Shown: positions 52,792-64,000, counted from the stretch's first letter. The stretch: DNA of 64,000 bases from a bacterium (GCA_965249485.1 OZ252239.1:1856001-1920000); one strand, 5' to 3'. The notes: generated from the sequence alone by a model not told the origin. Made by a program: numbers and translations.

Positions 52792-53935
52792 CTAATTAAA
52801 TACAGATAAAAACCAGTACGTCATTCCGCTGAGTAATGCTGCAACCGGCAGCGTCAAAATCCATGAAAGTACAATATTTCTCACAACGCGCGTGTTTGCA
52901 TTCCCTGAAGAGAGGCCAATGCCAAAAATGGACCCGACCGAAACGTGGGTAGTTGAGACTGGTACACCGAGTCTGCTTGCGATAACAACTAGAAAACCAG
53001 TCACAATATTAGCTGTAAAACCCTGAGTATGGCTGATCGGTACAATCTTTTTACTCATCGTTTCGGCAACTTTTCGAGCATTAAGAAGGCCGCCCAAGGC
53101 CATGCCGATAGCCACCGCCACCATTCCGTACTCGATTCCAAATCCGCTGAAAAGAACAAGGAGTGCTACAATTTTTGGTGTGTCATTCAGACCACGTGCG
53201 AAACTGACAATTCCTGAGCTGATAAAATGGGCACTATCGACAAGACTTTGGAGTTGAAAACCAAAATAACCTGCCCTTATAGCGCTCAATGCAATTTTCG
53301 GGTGCATCAACGGCAATCTCGGGTAGTGCGACAGTCTGTTGTGACTGAAGTACGTACGACGAACCGGAAAGTGCAGCAACCGGTACAAATTGCTTCTTTT
53401 CACCGATACAAACACAGAGTTCCTTTTCAAATCCAATCCTCTTCCTTATACGGTGAAATATTCCATAGAGAAATGTCGATAAGGTAAGTGCAAGTATAGG
53501 ACTGACAAGAAGCGGCAGAATAAATTTATTACCGAGCGCAGCAATATTGACTTGCATTCCGACCGCGGCGAAACCTGTTCCGGTAAGTGCGCCGGTCAGG
53601 CTGTGTGTTGTCGATATGGGAAATCCGGTCAAGGTCGCAAGAAAAACCGTCAAACCTGCTCCTATTCCGACTGCCGTTAGGAATTCGGGTGAACCTGCAA
53701 CCATATCAGGAACAAGCCCTTTTCCTGAAAAATTCTTCACAAGCGCAGAAGCAAAAAAAATTGAAACAATCGAACCGGCAAAAGTAGTTCCTGTTGCCCA
53801 CCAAATTGCCTTATTATAGTTGAGTGTGTCACTTCCGAAAAGAGTTGCAACACCCTTAAAATTGTCGTTTGCTCCGTTTGAATACGCTAAAAACCACGTT
53901 GTCAATATCAGAATAATGGAAAGAGGCAGTACCAT
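52792..53935 (-). pseudogene. PiT-family inorganic phosphate transporter, frameshifted
   Basis: GANDNF/PISTTH in the first ORF, GLNDTPK/PVSTTH in the second; extra T in the TTTT run near 53263-53266. Confidence 0.85.
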
Positions 53936-54055
53936 TCGTAGGAATTCCTTTTATTCAAAAATAAAAAGCGAAATGAATATGGTTGTAGCATAACAAATTA
54001 GAATAAAAAAAAGTTCCATGGTCAACGTAATGACGGAACGTTATCTATCCGAGAA

Positions 54056-56530
54056 CTAAAAATCTGTTTTCAGACCGATCAGAAATGTTCTCGGTAAACC
54101 GGGGCGAACACCGGCTGGTCTGCGAGAAACAATATAAGTAGTATCAAATGCATTTTTTACACCGGTATAGAGCCTGCTATTACCGGTTAATGTGTATTCT
54201 AAATTAGCATCCAGTGTAAAATGGGAATCAACGCTTTGCATGGTGATGATTGTTCCTTGACCAGCAACTGTTCGTACTTTTCCGTTATATTTACCAGTTA
54301 CATCAAGCTGCCACTCCTGAGAAGTAATGCCTCCGCTGAAAGAAAACTGGTGCCGTGGAAGATAGGGGAGTTCATCACCTATTGATACCGTTCCCCACGG
54401 TTCGTAATCGCTGTTCAAACTGTTTTTAAACTGAGCATCTGTGAATGTATAAGCTGCAGTAACCGGGAATGAGTAGCGTTGCACCGAAGTTACAGCACTC
54501 AAGTCATACCGGGCGGAATATTCCACTCCTTTGACTTCGACATGGCCACCATTCAATAAATCTCCAGAACCTGACCCTCCCACACCGGCCAGATCTGAAC
54601 CGAGAAGATTGTCATAATCGTTATAGAAGACGACGATTTGCGTAGCAAGATTATTGTTTGCTATGTTTACACCCAGTTCGTAATTGATACTTGTTTCAGG
54701 ATTGGTGCCGTCTTTTGATCCCGGGGGAGAAAAGCCCCGGTGCACACCTGTAAACACACTAATATTTGTATTAACATCGTATTCGAGACCGATACCGGGT
54801 ATCCAGATAGAAATATTGTTTTCCAGGTATGAAGCATTACTACCTGATCTTTCGGGATCGGTTTTGCAGTAATCAGTGCGGCCGAGTTTCATCGTCTCAT
54901 ATCGAATTCCCGGAACGGCAGTGAATTTACCTCTACTTAATCTGTACTGAGCAAAATATGCAAAGGCTTCCGCGGTACTGAACCTGTTGCTTTCTGTACC
55001 CGGTATTCCCTGTTCCGTAAGCTTCATGATACTGTTGTTCATCCGGTACAAATCAACCCATTGAAATCGGTCAACTTCATCTTCATGATACCGGGCGCCA
55101 AGTTCTATCTGGTGGAGGGTATTTTCCCGATTTCCTAATTGAATCCCGACAATAGACTGCACTCCGGTTGAGAGATATGATCTGTTATTTGCTTTGATTT
55201 CAAGTGCATTATCGTTATTGGATGATGTGCCAGTGATAATTGCATATTCTTGTGTATAAGCAGTTGGATCAGAAAGGATTGCGCCAATAGTTGAGCGTGA
55301 ACCGTCAACCGTAGCACGGACTCGATCGAGCTTATACCAATTCCGATCAAATTCGTTTCTGTACATCGTCGTGGTAACGTCCAGTTTGTCATTCAGCATA
55401 AACAAATGTGTTGCACTCACCTGCTGATGTTTTGAGTTCATCACATCATTTTGCGATGCTGTATACCGTCTCAACGGATTCGCTGCAAAATCGTCATCTG
55501 TCAGCCCAAGATAGGTCGCGTTCGACACTTCATCTGTTTGACTGAGTTTCACCGTGAATGATTGGTAAAACTTGGCATTCCGAGAAGTGTTGAGGCGGAA
55601 TTTGATGAGATAGTCTTCTTTTTCAAATCCCGAGTTACCACCATTGTCAAGATTTTTAAACCCGTTACTCTTAAGTTGGTTATACTCAGTAACAAACCCA
55701 ATATTTTTGTATGAGTTTCCGGCAGCAGCATAGATACCATTCTGCCCATGTCCGCCGCCGTTCAGATGAAGCTTTCCAATCAATGAAACAGGAATGCGTG
55801 TTGAAATGAGATTCAGCGCACCTCCGGTAGTGAATGGTCCATACTTAATCTGGCTTGATCCCTTCCTGACTTCGATCGACTCCATCCGGCTGACTGTCGG
55901 AAAATAGTAAGCTGCCGGAGCAGAGTAGGGAGCGGGCGCTATCAAAACACCATCTTCCATCAGACTGATTTTCTGACTCCGTTCGACCCCGGTTCCCCGC
56001 ATGCCAATGTTAGGACGGAGACCATACCCGTCCTCTTCCTGAATATTGATTCCGGGAATTGTTTTGAGAACACGGTGGATATCAAAATTGTTATATTTCC
56101 CTAATTCATCCTGGCCGATAAAGTGTGCGGATCCGGGTATCCCGGTTATTTTACCCGTGCCGCCGAGAAGCATTTCCCGCGCAACAATTACTTCAGGACT
56201 CTGAAGAACATCAGGCAGCAAAATGAAATCAACCTCAGACCGGAAATCCGAAGTGACTGTTATGGTTTTGCCGAGTTCTGTGTAACCAATGTAGGTACAT
56301 ACAAGTGTATAGGTGCCGGTTGGAACAGATTGTAGCGCAAAGTTGCCGTCTCGAAGTGTTGCAGTACCGATCGATGTTCCTTCAACAGTAATATTTGCCC
56401 CTGTTAACGGATCGCCTGTTTTAGAATCGGTGACTGTGCCGAAAATTGAACCGAATTCCTGTGTGTGCAGTACTGATGCACCGGCAGTGATGTTCAAAAT
56501 TAGTACTGTGATTAAGAGTAATCTATTCAT
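54056..56530 (-). CDS. TonB-dependent receptor (FecA-like) with N-terminal carboxypeptidase-regulatory-like domain
   Basis: GYGLRPNIGMRG plug, IEVRKG, beta-barrel ending in Phe. Confidence 0.9.
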   Translation of the reverse strand: MNRLLLITVLILNITAGASVLHTQEFGSIFGTVTDSKTGDPLTGANITVEGTSIGTATLRDGNFALQSVPTGTYTLVCTYIGYTELGKTITVTSDFRSEVDFILLPDVLQSPEVIVAREMLLGGTGKITGIPGSAHFIGQDELGKYNNFDIHRVLKTIPGINIQEEDGYGLRPNIGMRGTGVERSQKISLMEDGVLIAPAPYSAPAAYYFPTVSRMESIEVRKGSSQIKYGPFTTGGALNLISTRIPVSLIGKLHLNGGGHGQNGIYAAAGNSYKNIGFVTEYNQLKSNGFKNLDNGGNSGFEKEDYLIKFRLNTSRNAKFYQSFTVKLSQTDEVSNATYLGLTDDDFAANPLRRYTASQNDVMNSKHQQVSATHLFMLNDKLDVTTTMYRNEFDRNWYKLDRVRATVDGSRSTIGAILSDPTAYTQEYAIITGTSSNNDNALEIKANNRSYLSTGVQSIVGIQLGNRENTLHQIELGARYHEDEVDRFQWVDLYRMNNSIMKLTEQGIPGTESNRFSTAEAFAYFAQYRLSRGKFTAVPGIRYETMKLGRTDYCKTDPERSGSNASYLENNISIWIPGIGLEYDVNTNISVFTGVHRGFSPPGSKDGTNPETSINYELGVNIANNNLATQIVVFYNDYDNLLGSDLAGVGGSGSGDLLNGGHVEVKGVEYSARYDLSAVTSVQRYSFPVTAAYTFTDAQFKNSLNSDYEPWGTVSIGDELPYLPRHQFSFSGGITSQEWQLDVTGKYNGKVRTVAGQGTIITMQSVDSHFTLDANLEYTLTGNSRLYTGVKNAFDTTYIVSRRPAGVRPGLPRTFLIGLKTDF

Positions 56531-56747
56531 TAGAGGACTCCTTGTTCATTTGTGTACCTGCAGGGGTTTAAAGTTGGTAGAGGGTAAGTCGATTAGGGAA
56601 TGCATGACTTATATATATTATGATAATAGCACAATAGTTATATATATATTATAAATTTAATACATAAATACATAAAAAGCAATATTTTTTGATAATATGT
56701 TTTAAATTAGCGAAAAATATGCTATGAGTTGGCGTATTGGGAATAAT

Positions 56748-56779
56748 TAAAGAGCCAGCACTATTTTTGGCCGGCTCTC
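56748..56779 (-). terminator. Probable intrinsic terminator
   Basis: Minus strand GAGCCGGC-10 nt loop-GCTGGCTC followed by TTTAATT. Confidence 0.45.
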
Positions 56780-56829
56780 AAATGAGAATAGGATGTAGGA
56801 GGACAAAGATGCATATCGAAAAAAATGCT

Positions 56830-57897
56830 TTATTCAAACGATATACTTGAAAAAGCCATACCGTCGGGTTCACGTCCCGATTGCAGTCTGGTTACAACTT
56901 TCCACTGATGCAAATCGATGACCGAAACTATATCGGCACGGGTATTGGCGATGAATACATGCTGATTATCCGGATGAACCAGGATGCCGATTGGAGCCGC
57001 ACCTGCGGCATCTTCAAAAACTCTTCCACCAGTGTCGGCAACCTCTTCCTCAACCATCGGGATACGGCGGATTTCTGTCCGTAATGCCGCATCGAAAACA
57101 GCAACTTCATTTGATGTCATATTTGAGACGAGCACGTATTGTCCGTCAGGGGTAAATTTGACACGGATCGGGAACGATTCGGATTTTAATTCTGCTACAA
57201 TCTCGAGCGATTCCGTATCGATGATAGAGACCGTATTAGCTGCACGGTTTCCAACCCAAACTTCACGACCGTCTGGCGACATATCGAATCCTTCAGCACC
57301 GTCTCCGGTTGCAATTATTTTGATCACATCACCGGAAACAAGATCAATTGCCAATACGGTCCCTTATCCAATACTGGACGCAAATGCCCGCTCACCGGAA
57401 GGAGTAATGCTGACCATGTGACATGTATTGTCTCCCGTAGTAATCGATTGCTCGACCATACCGGATACAATATTGACGACGGCAACGGTCATGCTTTCCT
57501 CAGTGGAAACGAGTACTCGTTCACCATCGGGAAAGTAAACAATTCCGTGCGGTCCGACATTATTACCAAGCTCAATAGTACTGGTGACTTTTTTGCTGGT
57601 TAAGTCGATAACGGTGAGAGTGGAGGGATTTTCAGTACCGTAATCGGAGACCACAAGTGTTTTCCAGTCGGGCGAAACAATACCTTCATGGGGTCCGGTT
57701 CCTGTCGGAATTGTTGCAATGACTTCTCCGGTTTGCAACGATATGAGTGTTGCGGTATCATCCGATTTGTTTAAAACAACAAGCGTCCCATTCGCTATGA
57801 AGGAAGTTTGTTCCATCTGCTGCTGTGGAGAGCACGAAATAACGGTAATACTGATAACGAAAATCACAAAGAGAAAATTCTGTTTTTTACTGATCAT
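56830..57897 (-). pseudogene. YncE/YVTN beta-propeller lipoprotein interrupted by an in-frame TAA
   Basis: ..ATT GGA TAA GGG ACC GTA TTG.. at 57364-57366 (SSIG*GTVLAIDL); lipobox VISC; AGGAG RBS. Confidence 0.85.
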
Positions 57898-58041
57898 TTT
57901 GACACATCTCCTTTTTAATGATTCAATACGAACGACCGAGATTGTAATTCCAAAAAACAGTTTCATATCTTTAAAGATCAACTCGACTCAATTGCACAAT
58001 ATATGAAATACAGTCAAAGTAGAAAAGAATTGAATAATAAA

Positions 58042-59475
58042 TCAACCAATTTCCGTTTTCGATGGATTGAAATAGCCTTTTACAATCATATTTATTATAA
58101 AAATCATGGAAGAAACAGCTAAACCAGGATACATTGGTTCAATTCCGAACGGATATCCGGGATAACCGTCAATTGGATTCAAATATCCGAAAAAGAGCCA
58201 GATTGTCGAAGTTGCACCAGCTGCAGTCATTGACAGTAGTGCTAACGATTTTAATAAGACAAATCGCTGAGAAAAACTGCTGAGAACCGGAAATAGCAAT
58301 GCTGGTATCCCAATTGTTCCGAGTGTGTACCAGATGTCAATGACCGACTGTGTATGCCACGCGATGAGAACACCGGCGCTCACAGAAATGATGATTCCAA
58401 TCCGGGTGTAGAAGGGTATACGGTTCGAAAGTTCTGATTGTGAACGCTGTTTCAGTCGTGCAAAGAAATCGTTTCCAAGTGTCAATGCAGAGAGAAATGT
58501 AAAACTGTCGAGTGTCGACATAACCGTTGCCAGCAGACCGGCAAAAAAGAGCCCTTTTATACCTGACGGAAGCAAACTGTCGGCAAGCAGCGGGTACGCC
58601 ATAATCGGTTCGATGTTGGGTAAAGATGCGCGTGCGTAGAGTCCTGCAGTGCACGTCAAAATATCAAACACGATCCAACACCCGACCGATATTAAGAGCC
58701 CATTCCGGGCTGTAGAAGGACTTTTTGCAGCAAGGCACCGTTGATAAAAGCCAGGATCGATCAGCGTCCATAATGCAATAAATCCCCAGACGAGAATATA
58801 TCCGGTTCCGAGTCCACCTGATGGAGAAAAATGGGAAGCGGGAAGATTTTCAGTCAGGAAATCAAATCCACCGAGCTGTATAATAGCTACCGGCACCAAA
58901 ATGAGAAATCCGGTGAACATGAGAATGAATTGTAATATGTCGGTTCGGATTACCGCTCTAAAACCACCGATAAGCAAATAAAGTGTTGATACCGAAGCAC
59001 CAATTAGAAGACCTGTCATTAGGCTAAAACCGAACACCATCTGCAGCAGTATTCCTAAAATAAGGATATAGGGTGCGGGAATAATCATGATAAAAATGAA
59101 AAGTGCTCCTGTAAGAGCCGCTCCCTTTCCATATACCTGCTCCAGTCTGTCGGGAATGGTAAGAATGTTGAGTCTCTGAATACGTTGTGCTAAGAGAACG
59201 GCAAACACAGCTGCAAAAATATAGAAAAACAGCCCTTGTGTAATGAGATTGACGATGCCATAGCGGTAAGTAAACTCACCGACGCCGAGAATTCCTCCAT
59301 ACCAAGTGGCGACAAAGGTTGCAACGAATGCCGGAAGTGTTAACTTCCTGCCGGCGAGGACAAAATCATCAGTTGATGTGCTCTGTTTACGGACAGAGAT
59401 TATACCAAGACCAAAAGTGATAAGAATATAAGCGATTAAGATTATAATATCAGGAAATGATAATGATAGCTGCAT
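58042..59475 (-). CDS. Sodium:solute symporter (SSS) family transporter
   Basis: DFVLAGR, GGFRAVIRTD..QF, LLATVMSTLDS. Confidence 0.9.
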   Translation of the reverse strand: MQLSLSFPDIIILIAYILITFGLGIISVRKQSTSTDDFVLAGRKLTLPAFVATFVATWYGGILGVGEFTYRYGIVNLITQGLFFYIFAAVFAVLLAQRIQRLNILTIPDRLEQVYGKGAALTGALFIFIMIIPAPYILILGILLQMVFGFSLMTGLLIGASVSTLYLLIGGFRAVIRTDILQFILMFTGFLILVPVAIIQLGGFDFLTENLPASHFSPSGGLGTGYILVWGFIALWTLIDPGFYQRCLAAKSPSTARNGLLISVGCWIVFDILTCTAGLYARASLPNIEPIMAYPLLADSLLPSGIKGLFFAGLLATVMSTLDSFTFLSALTLGNDFFARLKQRSQSELSNRIPFYTRIGIIISVSAGVLIAWHTQSVIDIWYTLGTIGIPALLFPVLSSFSQRFVLLKSLALLSMTAAGATSTIWLFFGYLNPIDGYPGYPFGIEPMYPGLAVSSMIFIINMIVKGYFNPSKTEIG

Positions 59476-59579
59476 CCTTCATTGTCCGATTTGATTAAAA
59501 TTGGGAATTACAAAAGTTGTATATCAATATATAATAATGGGAACCTAATATATTGAGTATTTATCGAATTGCTCAGAAT

Positions 59580-60245
59580 TTATTTCAGTGGTAGGTGGTG
59601 TTGAATGATAATGAGCCCTCCATCCCGAATTGAGATAGCTGCATCAGATTCCGCGAATTCATTTGAAATGCCGCGTGAATCCTGCTCCAGTTCTTCATCT
59701 GTAAGATTATATTTCAACCCTGTGGTCGTTAATCCCGACACCGTTCCTGACAGAGGAAAGAGGGAAAGGGACTGACCGCGAACACCATGCACAGTGCAAA
59801 TATTGTCAATATATCTTACAGAACATTGTTCATCGATTAAATCAAGAGAAAGCCTGCCGTGGAATTTTTTCAACATTGACAAATTACCGAGAAAATGATC
59901 TATCCTGTCTCCTGTTGCTCCAAATATGTGAATTTTATAATCAGTATTACCTCTAGACTCGATATATTCCAATGTTTTCTGTAAATCGGTTGCATTCTGC
60001 TCGGGCCGTCGTACAAGTGTCACATCATCGAATGTATTCAATGTTGATTTAGTCACAGAATCGAGATCACCGACAATTATATCGGGTTTGATATCGAGAT
60101 CAACAATTTTATTTGCGCCTCCGTCGGCACACACAATCATCTCTGCACGTTTTAGATAGCTATTGAGGAAATCCCTGCCGGGTACTGTTCCGTTTGCAAA
60201 GACGAGAATAAATTTTTGATTAAGATTTTCATCTTCTTTTTTCAT
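59580..60245 (-). CDS. thiN: Thiamine pyrophosphokinase
   Basis: ADGGAN, GDLDS, TDLQK, GATGDRIDH, GLKY, GISN. Confidence 0.92.
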   Translation of the reverse strand: MKKEDENLNQKFILVFANGTVPGRDFLNSYLKRAEMIVCADGGANKIVDLDIKPDIIVGDLDSVTKSTLNTFDDVTLVRRPEQNATDLQKTLEYIESRGNTDYKIHIFGATGDRIDHFLGNLSMLKKFHGRLSLDLIDEQCSVRYIDNICTVHGVRGQSLSLFPLSGTVSGLTTTGLKYNLTDEELEQDSRGISNEFAESDAAISIRDGGLIIIQHHLPLK

Positions 60246-60344
60246 GGTTGCAAAGGTACAAAAATATCCTTACAATACCATGATAATTTTTATAACTACA
60301 AGAAGGAAGCATAGAGCGGATGTGCTGAAGAAAGGGCCGGAATA

Positions 60345-61817
60345 ATGACGCAACGAAAAGTATTTCTTTTATGGTTAGCGGTTTGTTTCACAGGTCTGTT
60401 TTTTGAATCCGAAACGAATGTTTTTGGTTATCAGCCGGAATTAACCCGGGAACAGATTCGCGGAATCGACGCTGCTTTTTCACACTTTACCAACAGTACA
60501 CCAGGTGCAGCTCTTTCCGTAGCTCAAAGCGGAAATATCCTCTATAAACAGGGATATGGAATGGCGAATTTGGAACATAATATCCCCATTACCCCTTCGT
60601 CAATATTTCATGTTGCATCGGTGTCCAAAGAGTTTACCGCATTTTCTATTGTGCTGCTCCATCTTCAGGGGAAAATTTCTCTCGATGATGACGTACGGAA
60701 GTATATACCTGAAGTACCTGACTTTGGGGATACTATCACTATTCGACACCTTGTGCACCACACGAGTGGACTTCGTGACCAGTGGGACCTGTTTTTCCTT
60801 GCCGGATGGCGGAGTGACGACGTCAGAACACAGAGCGATGTGTTGAATTTTGTAAATCGGCAGAAATCACTCAATTTTATACCGAACGACGAACATCTCT
60901 ACAGCAATACAGGGTATACACTGCTTGCTTCAATTGTAGAAAGAGTATCCGGAAAATCATTCAAAGACTATACCTCCGACAATATCTTTAAACCTCTCGG
61001 AATGGAGAACACTCATTTTCATGTTGATCACTCAGAAATTGTCAAAAACCGGACACAGGCATATCTCCAAAGTGAAAACGGATCGTTGAATATCAGTATT
61101 CCGGTATTCGACACCTACGGGGCAACATCTCTGCTTACGACTGTTGAAGATCTTGTTCTCTGGGCCGATAACTTCAGGCATAAACGGGTCGGTGGACAAG
61201 GTGCAGTAGACCTCTTGCTGACATGCGGTGTTCTAAACAGCGGAGAGGAAATACCCTATGCGTTTGGTATTGTACATAGAAACTATAAAGGGCTGGAAAC
61301 GTTCGGACATGGTGGTTCAGATGCAGGATATAGAGCCAGTTTCAACATCATTCCTGAACAAAATATGATGATAGTGGTATTGACAAATGTAAGTGATGGA
61401 AATCCGGATCAACTTGCAAGTAATGTAGCCGATATTGTACTAGCCGACCATATTACCGAGTCTGAGCCCTCTCCTGCAGAACAATCTGCTGTTTTTGAAA
61501 CGGAAACTACAGGCAGAGATCGTATCCTGTCGGAAACTGAGATTTCTGCCTACTCAGGGAAATACTACAGTGAGGAGCTTGATATTATATATGAAATTGG
61601 CCGTGAAAAAGGGAGGTTGATACTCCATGCTCCAAAACTGCGTTCCGACCCGCTTGAATATACCGTACCTGGCGTGTTCATCTGGAACACATATACTGAT
61701 TATGAAATTGAGACTTACCGGCTTGAATTTTTCAAAAATGAGCAGGAACTCATCGGCGGTTTTAAGATTACGAAAAACAGGGTGAAAAATATCAGGTTTG
61801 ATAAATTACGAAACTGA
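60345..61817 (+). CDS. Serine hydrolase, beta-lactamase class C-like
   Basis: SVSK, YSNTGY, HGG motifs; signal peptide. Confidence 0.9.
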   Translation: MTQRKVFLLWLAVCFTGLFFESETNVFGYQPELTREQIRGIDAAFSHFTNSTPGAALSVAQSGNILYKQGYGMANLEHNIPITPSSIFHVASVSKEFTAFSIVLLHLQGKISLDDDVRKYIPEVPDFGDTITIRHLVHHTSGLRDQWDLFFLAGWRSDDVRTQSDVLNFVNRQKSLNFIPNDEHLYSNTGYTLLASIVERVSGKSFKDYTSDNIFKPLGMENTHFHVDHSEIVKNRTQAYLQSENGSLNISIPVFDTYGATSLLTTVEDLVLWADNFRHKRVGGQGAVDLLLTCGVLNSGEEIPYAFGIVHRNYKGLETFGHGGSDAGYRASFNIIPEQNMMIVVLTNVSDGNPDQLASNVADIVLADHITESEPSPAEQSAVFETETTGRDRILSETEISAYSGKYYSEELDIIYEIGREKGRLILHAPKLRSDPLEYTVPGVFIWNTYTDYEIETYRLEFFKNEQELIGGFKITKNRVKNIRFDKLRN

Positions 61818-61846
61818 AAGTTGGTTGACTACTCAAGTGAAGTTTT

Positions 61847-62698
61847 TTACATCTCGTCTGCCACAACAGGGCATTCAAGTGGATGAAATCCGGAAATTTC
61901 ACACCGTACAACATCCCCTGCCTTAATGCGCCACCGGCCGGGTGTACCGGTTGAAAATATATCACTCGGTTCGAGCTTCATTACCTTGGAGTGAAAACTG
62001 ACAATTTCCAACGGATTGAATGTCATATTTGAGACAGTATTTTCCGCACGGATTTCCCCATTGACAACTGTTCGGATAATTAGCTCACTTACTTCCGGAA
62101 TCTCATCCTCCGTGATCACTACGGGACCGAAACTGAAAAACGTATCATAGCTCTTTGCCCGTGTAAGGTAACGTGGATTCTGTTTGAGAATATCTTCTTC
62201 AGTCATATCGATGATGCAGGTATAACCGAGAATGTATTCCGGCACTTCTTCCGGCGAGATGTTTTTACATGTCCGGCCCATAATGACACCCAGTTCCGCC
62301 TCAGCTGTAACTCCGTGTGATCCGGCAGGAACTCTGATTGCGTCGCCATAACCGATAACTGCTGTTGTCGGTTTCATGAAACTTGCCGGCTGTTGCGGTA
62401 ATGATTCATCAAGATCATCAGCATGGTCCCGGTAATTGAGCCCGATGCCCCATATCTTTCCCGGTCTCCTGTACAGCGGAGCAAAGGAGACATCCGGTAC
62501 TGAAGGTGAATGAGGGAGTGGATTTTCCTCAAAACGTTTCTGAATTTCAGGGATAAATTGACCGTTTATGAGTTCAGAAAATGTTGTTGGAAAATCGGTA
62601 TCGTACGCATTGTTCATTTCGCGAATTAAAACGATTCCATCTGATGTTACGATTCCTACTTGTTCAGAATTGTCAGTCTTTATCGTTGTCAGTTTCAT
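61847..62698 (-). CDS. Fumarylacetoacetate hydrolase family protein
   Basis: GIGLNY.DH, EAELG, AKSYDTF..FGP, TGTPG. Confidence 0.92.
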   Translation of the reverse strand: MKLTTIKTDNSEQVGIVTSDGIVLIREMNNAYDTDFPTTFSELINGQFIPEIQKRFEENPLPHSPSVPDVSFAPLYRRPGKIWGIGLNYRDHADDLDESLPQQPASFMKPTTAVIGYGDAIRVPAGSHGVTAEAELGVIMGRTCKNISPEEVPEYILGYTCIIDMTEEDILKQNPRYLTRAKSYDTFFSFGPVVITEDEIPEVSELIIRTVVNGEIRAENTVSNMTFNPLEIVSFHSKVMKLEPSDIFSTGTPGRWRIKAGDVVRCEISGFHPLECPVVADEM

Positions 62699-62831
62699 AC
62701 TTTGAATATTATTTTCCGGTTAGATAAAATATGCCTCGATATGAATGCATCCTGCACTCAACCGAACTCAAATGTATAATGTGCTCAATAAAAATCAAGA
62801 CATTTATAATATGACGACTGTACTTTGCTGT

Positions 62832-63071
62832 TTAATATTTCTTATTATCGAACAACTCTTTAGCCATTGCAGTAATGTGTACAGCCGCCATTTCGAACTC
62901 TTTGACGAGTTCCCACAGTGCACCGGAATCCCCAAGCCGGTCATTCACACCAACCATTCCGAAAAGGAACGTATTGCCATAAAACTCAGGCGAATCAAAA
63001 ATAGCAGAACCGACTCTGAATCCGAGTCCGCCGATCTGGTGTTCTTCTGCGGTCACTACAACCTCCCCATA
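62832..63071 (-). pseudogene. Orphan C-terminal fragment of transketolase
   Basis: VVVTAEEHQIGGLG...VGVNDRLGDSG..WELVKEF; in-frame stop and AT-rich DNA immediately upstream. Confidence 0.7.
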
Positions 63072-63357
63072 TTATAAATAACTAAATTGTACAATTATTA
63101 TACAATTACGCGCATTAGTGTTATACACTTTTTATAAGGTATTGTACTATCATTCGTAAGAATCATAGAATTTATTTTACCAAAAATGGGAAAGTATAAC
63201 GATGTGTTGAATAGTAGGAATTATTCAAATAGAATGATATTTTAGTATGGTATAGAATTTGAAAGAGGCTGAAATAGAGGAGTTATATCTCCTTGACTCA
63301 TTCTAATATTTTTCGTACATTAAATACGACCCAAATATACGGAATTAGAAAAAAAAT

Positions 63358-63756
63358 ATGCTCCGGTTAAAAAAAAGAAGCGAATACGGAATTATGGCGA
63401 TGAAATATGTTGCAGCCGTGAAAAACGGAGAGAGCTGAAGTGCCCGGGCAATCGCTGATTATTTTAATATTCCTCACGAAGTTATTGCGAAGATACTGCA
63501 AAAACTTGTGAGAAAGGGACTTGTCCAATCTCAAAAGGGAAAACACGGCGGTTATAAACTGATGCGGGAGCCAGGTTCGATAACTCTCGGCGATATCATA
63601 AGTGCCGTAGAAGACCGGATTTATAATATCGATTGTGCTACTGAACGGGGTTTGCGTTGCGATCTTGAAGGTGTCATAAAGCAGATACAAAAAGATTTAA
63701 CAAATTATTTTCATGGTATATCGCTCAATGATCTTGATAGAGCAATGCAAAGTTAA
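63358..63756 (+). pseudogene. Rrf2-family transcriptional regulator with in-frame TGA
   Basis: MLRLKKRSEYGIMAM..KNGES*SARAIADYFNIP..KGKHGGYKL; TGA at 63436-63438. Confidence 0.8.
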
Positions 63757-63820
63757 ACCATAATTTTTTCAAGTATTCTCGTATTAAAGTAGTTTAAAAT
63801 ATAAATGTAAAGGGATAACT

Positions 63821-64000
63821 ATGAGTATTTCTGTCGATGTCCTGGAACATCCTCTGATAGAAACAGACGATAATCTGGTTCGCCAGATAACTGAGGTCAG
63901 AGAAAAACTCGGTGACAGAGTAATGCTGCTTGGCCACCACTATCAACGGGATAATATTGTACAATTTGCCGACAGGACCGGAGATTCATTAGGGCTTGCA
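63821..64000 (+). CDS. nadA: Quinolinate synthase (5' part, runs off the window)
   Basis: Translated by hand: MSISVDV..LLGHHYQRDNIVQFADRTGDSLGLA. Confidence 0.9.
   Translation, partial: MSISVDVLEHPLIETDDNLVRQITEVREKLGDRVMLLGHHYQRDNIVQFADRTGDSLGLA

Noticed and set aside
56610..56700. Fur box upstream of the TonB-dependent receptor
   Set aside because: Only GATAAT half-sites in very AT-rich DNA; no convincing 19-bp palindrome.

Overview
Bacterial chromosome segment, probably from a non-Bacteroidota FCB-group lineage such as KSB1/Calditrichota-like. That assignment is an inference from a secreted protein with a 'QNYPNPFNP' sorting tail and from Tat sulfatases. The left ~22.4 kb is an accessory island abutting the 3' end of a tRNA-Phe(GAA) at 22419-22491 (minus strand). 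It holds a tyrosine integrase in a cI/cro-type regulatory module, exported cargo genes, a duplicated formamidase+sulfatase unit, and an AT-rich pair of candidate defence genes (a HEPN-motif protein and a large disrupted Zn-ribbon/PD-(D/E)xK protein). At its left end, unrelated genes are separated by a recurring ~30-bp direct repeat that resembles a tRNA 3' end/att scar. The right ~41 kb is core-like: LOG, USP, two-component genes, a secreted cadherin-like repeat protein, wbqC-like, GT2, arsC, nth, polX, NtrC, ygfZ-like, hemE-hemN-hemH-hemY followed by an odd oxidase-subunit-IV/di-haem cytochrome c fusion, PiT, a TonB-dependent receptor, an SSS transporter with thiN, Rrf2 and the start of nadA. 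At least nine genes carry single frameshifts or in-frame stops (TAG, TAA and TGA all occur), so the data reflect either consensus errors or genuine genome decay. All calls come from motif recognition by eye; no searches were run.
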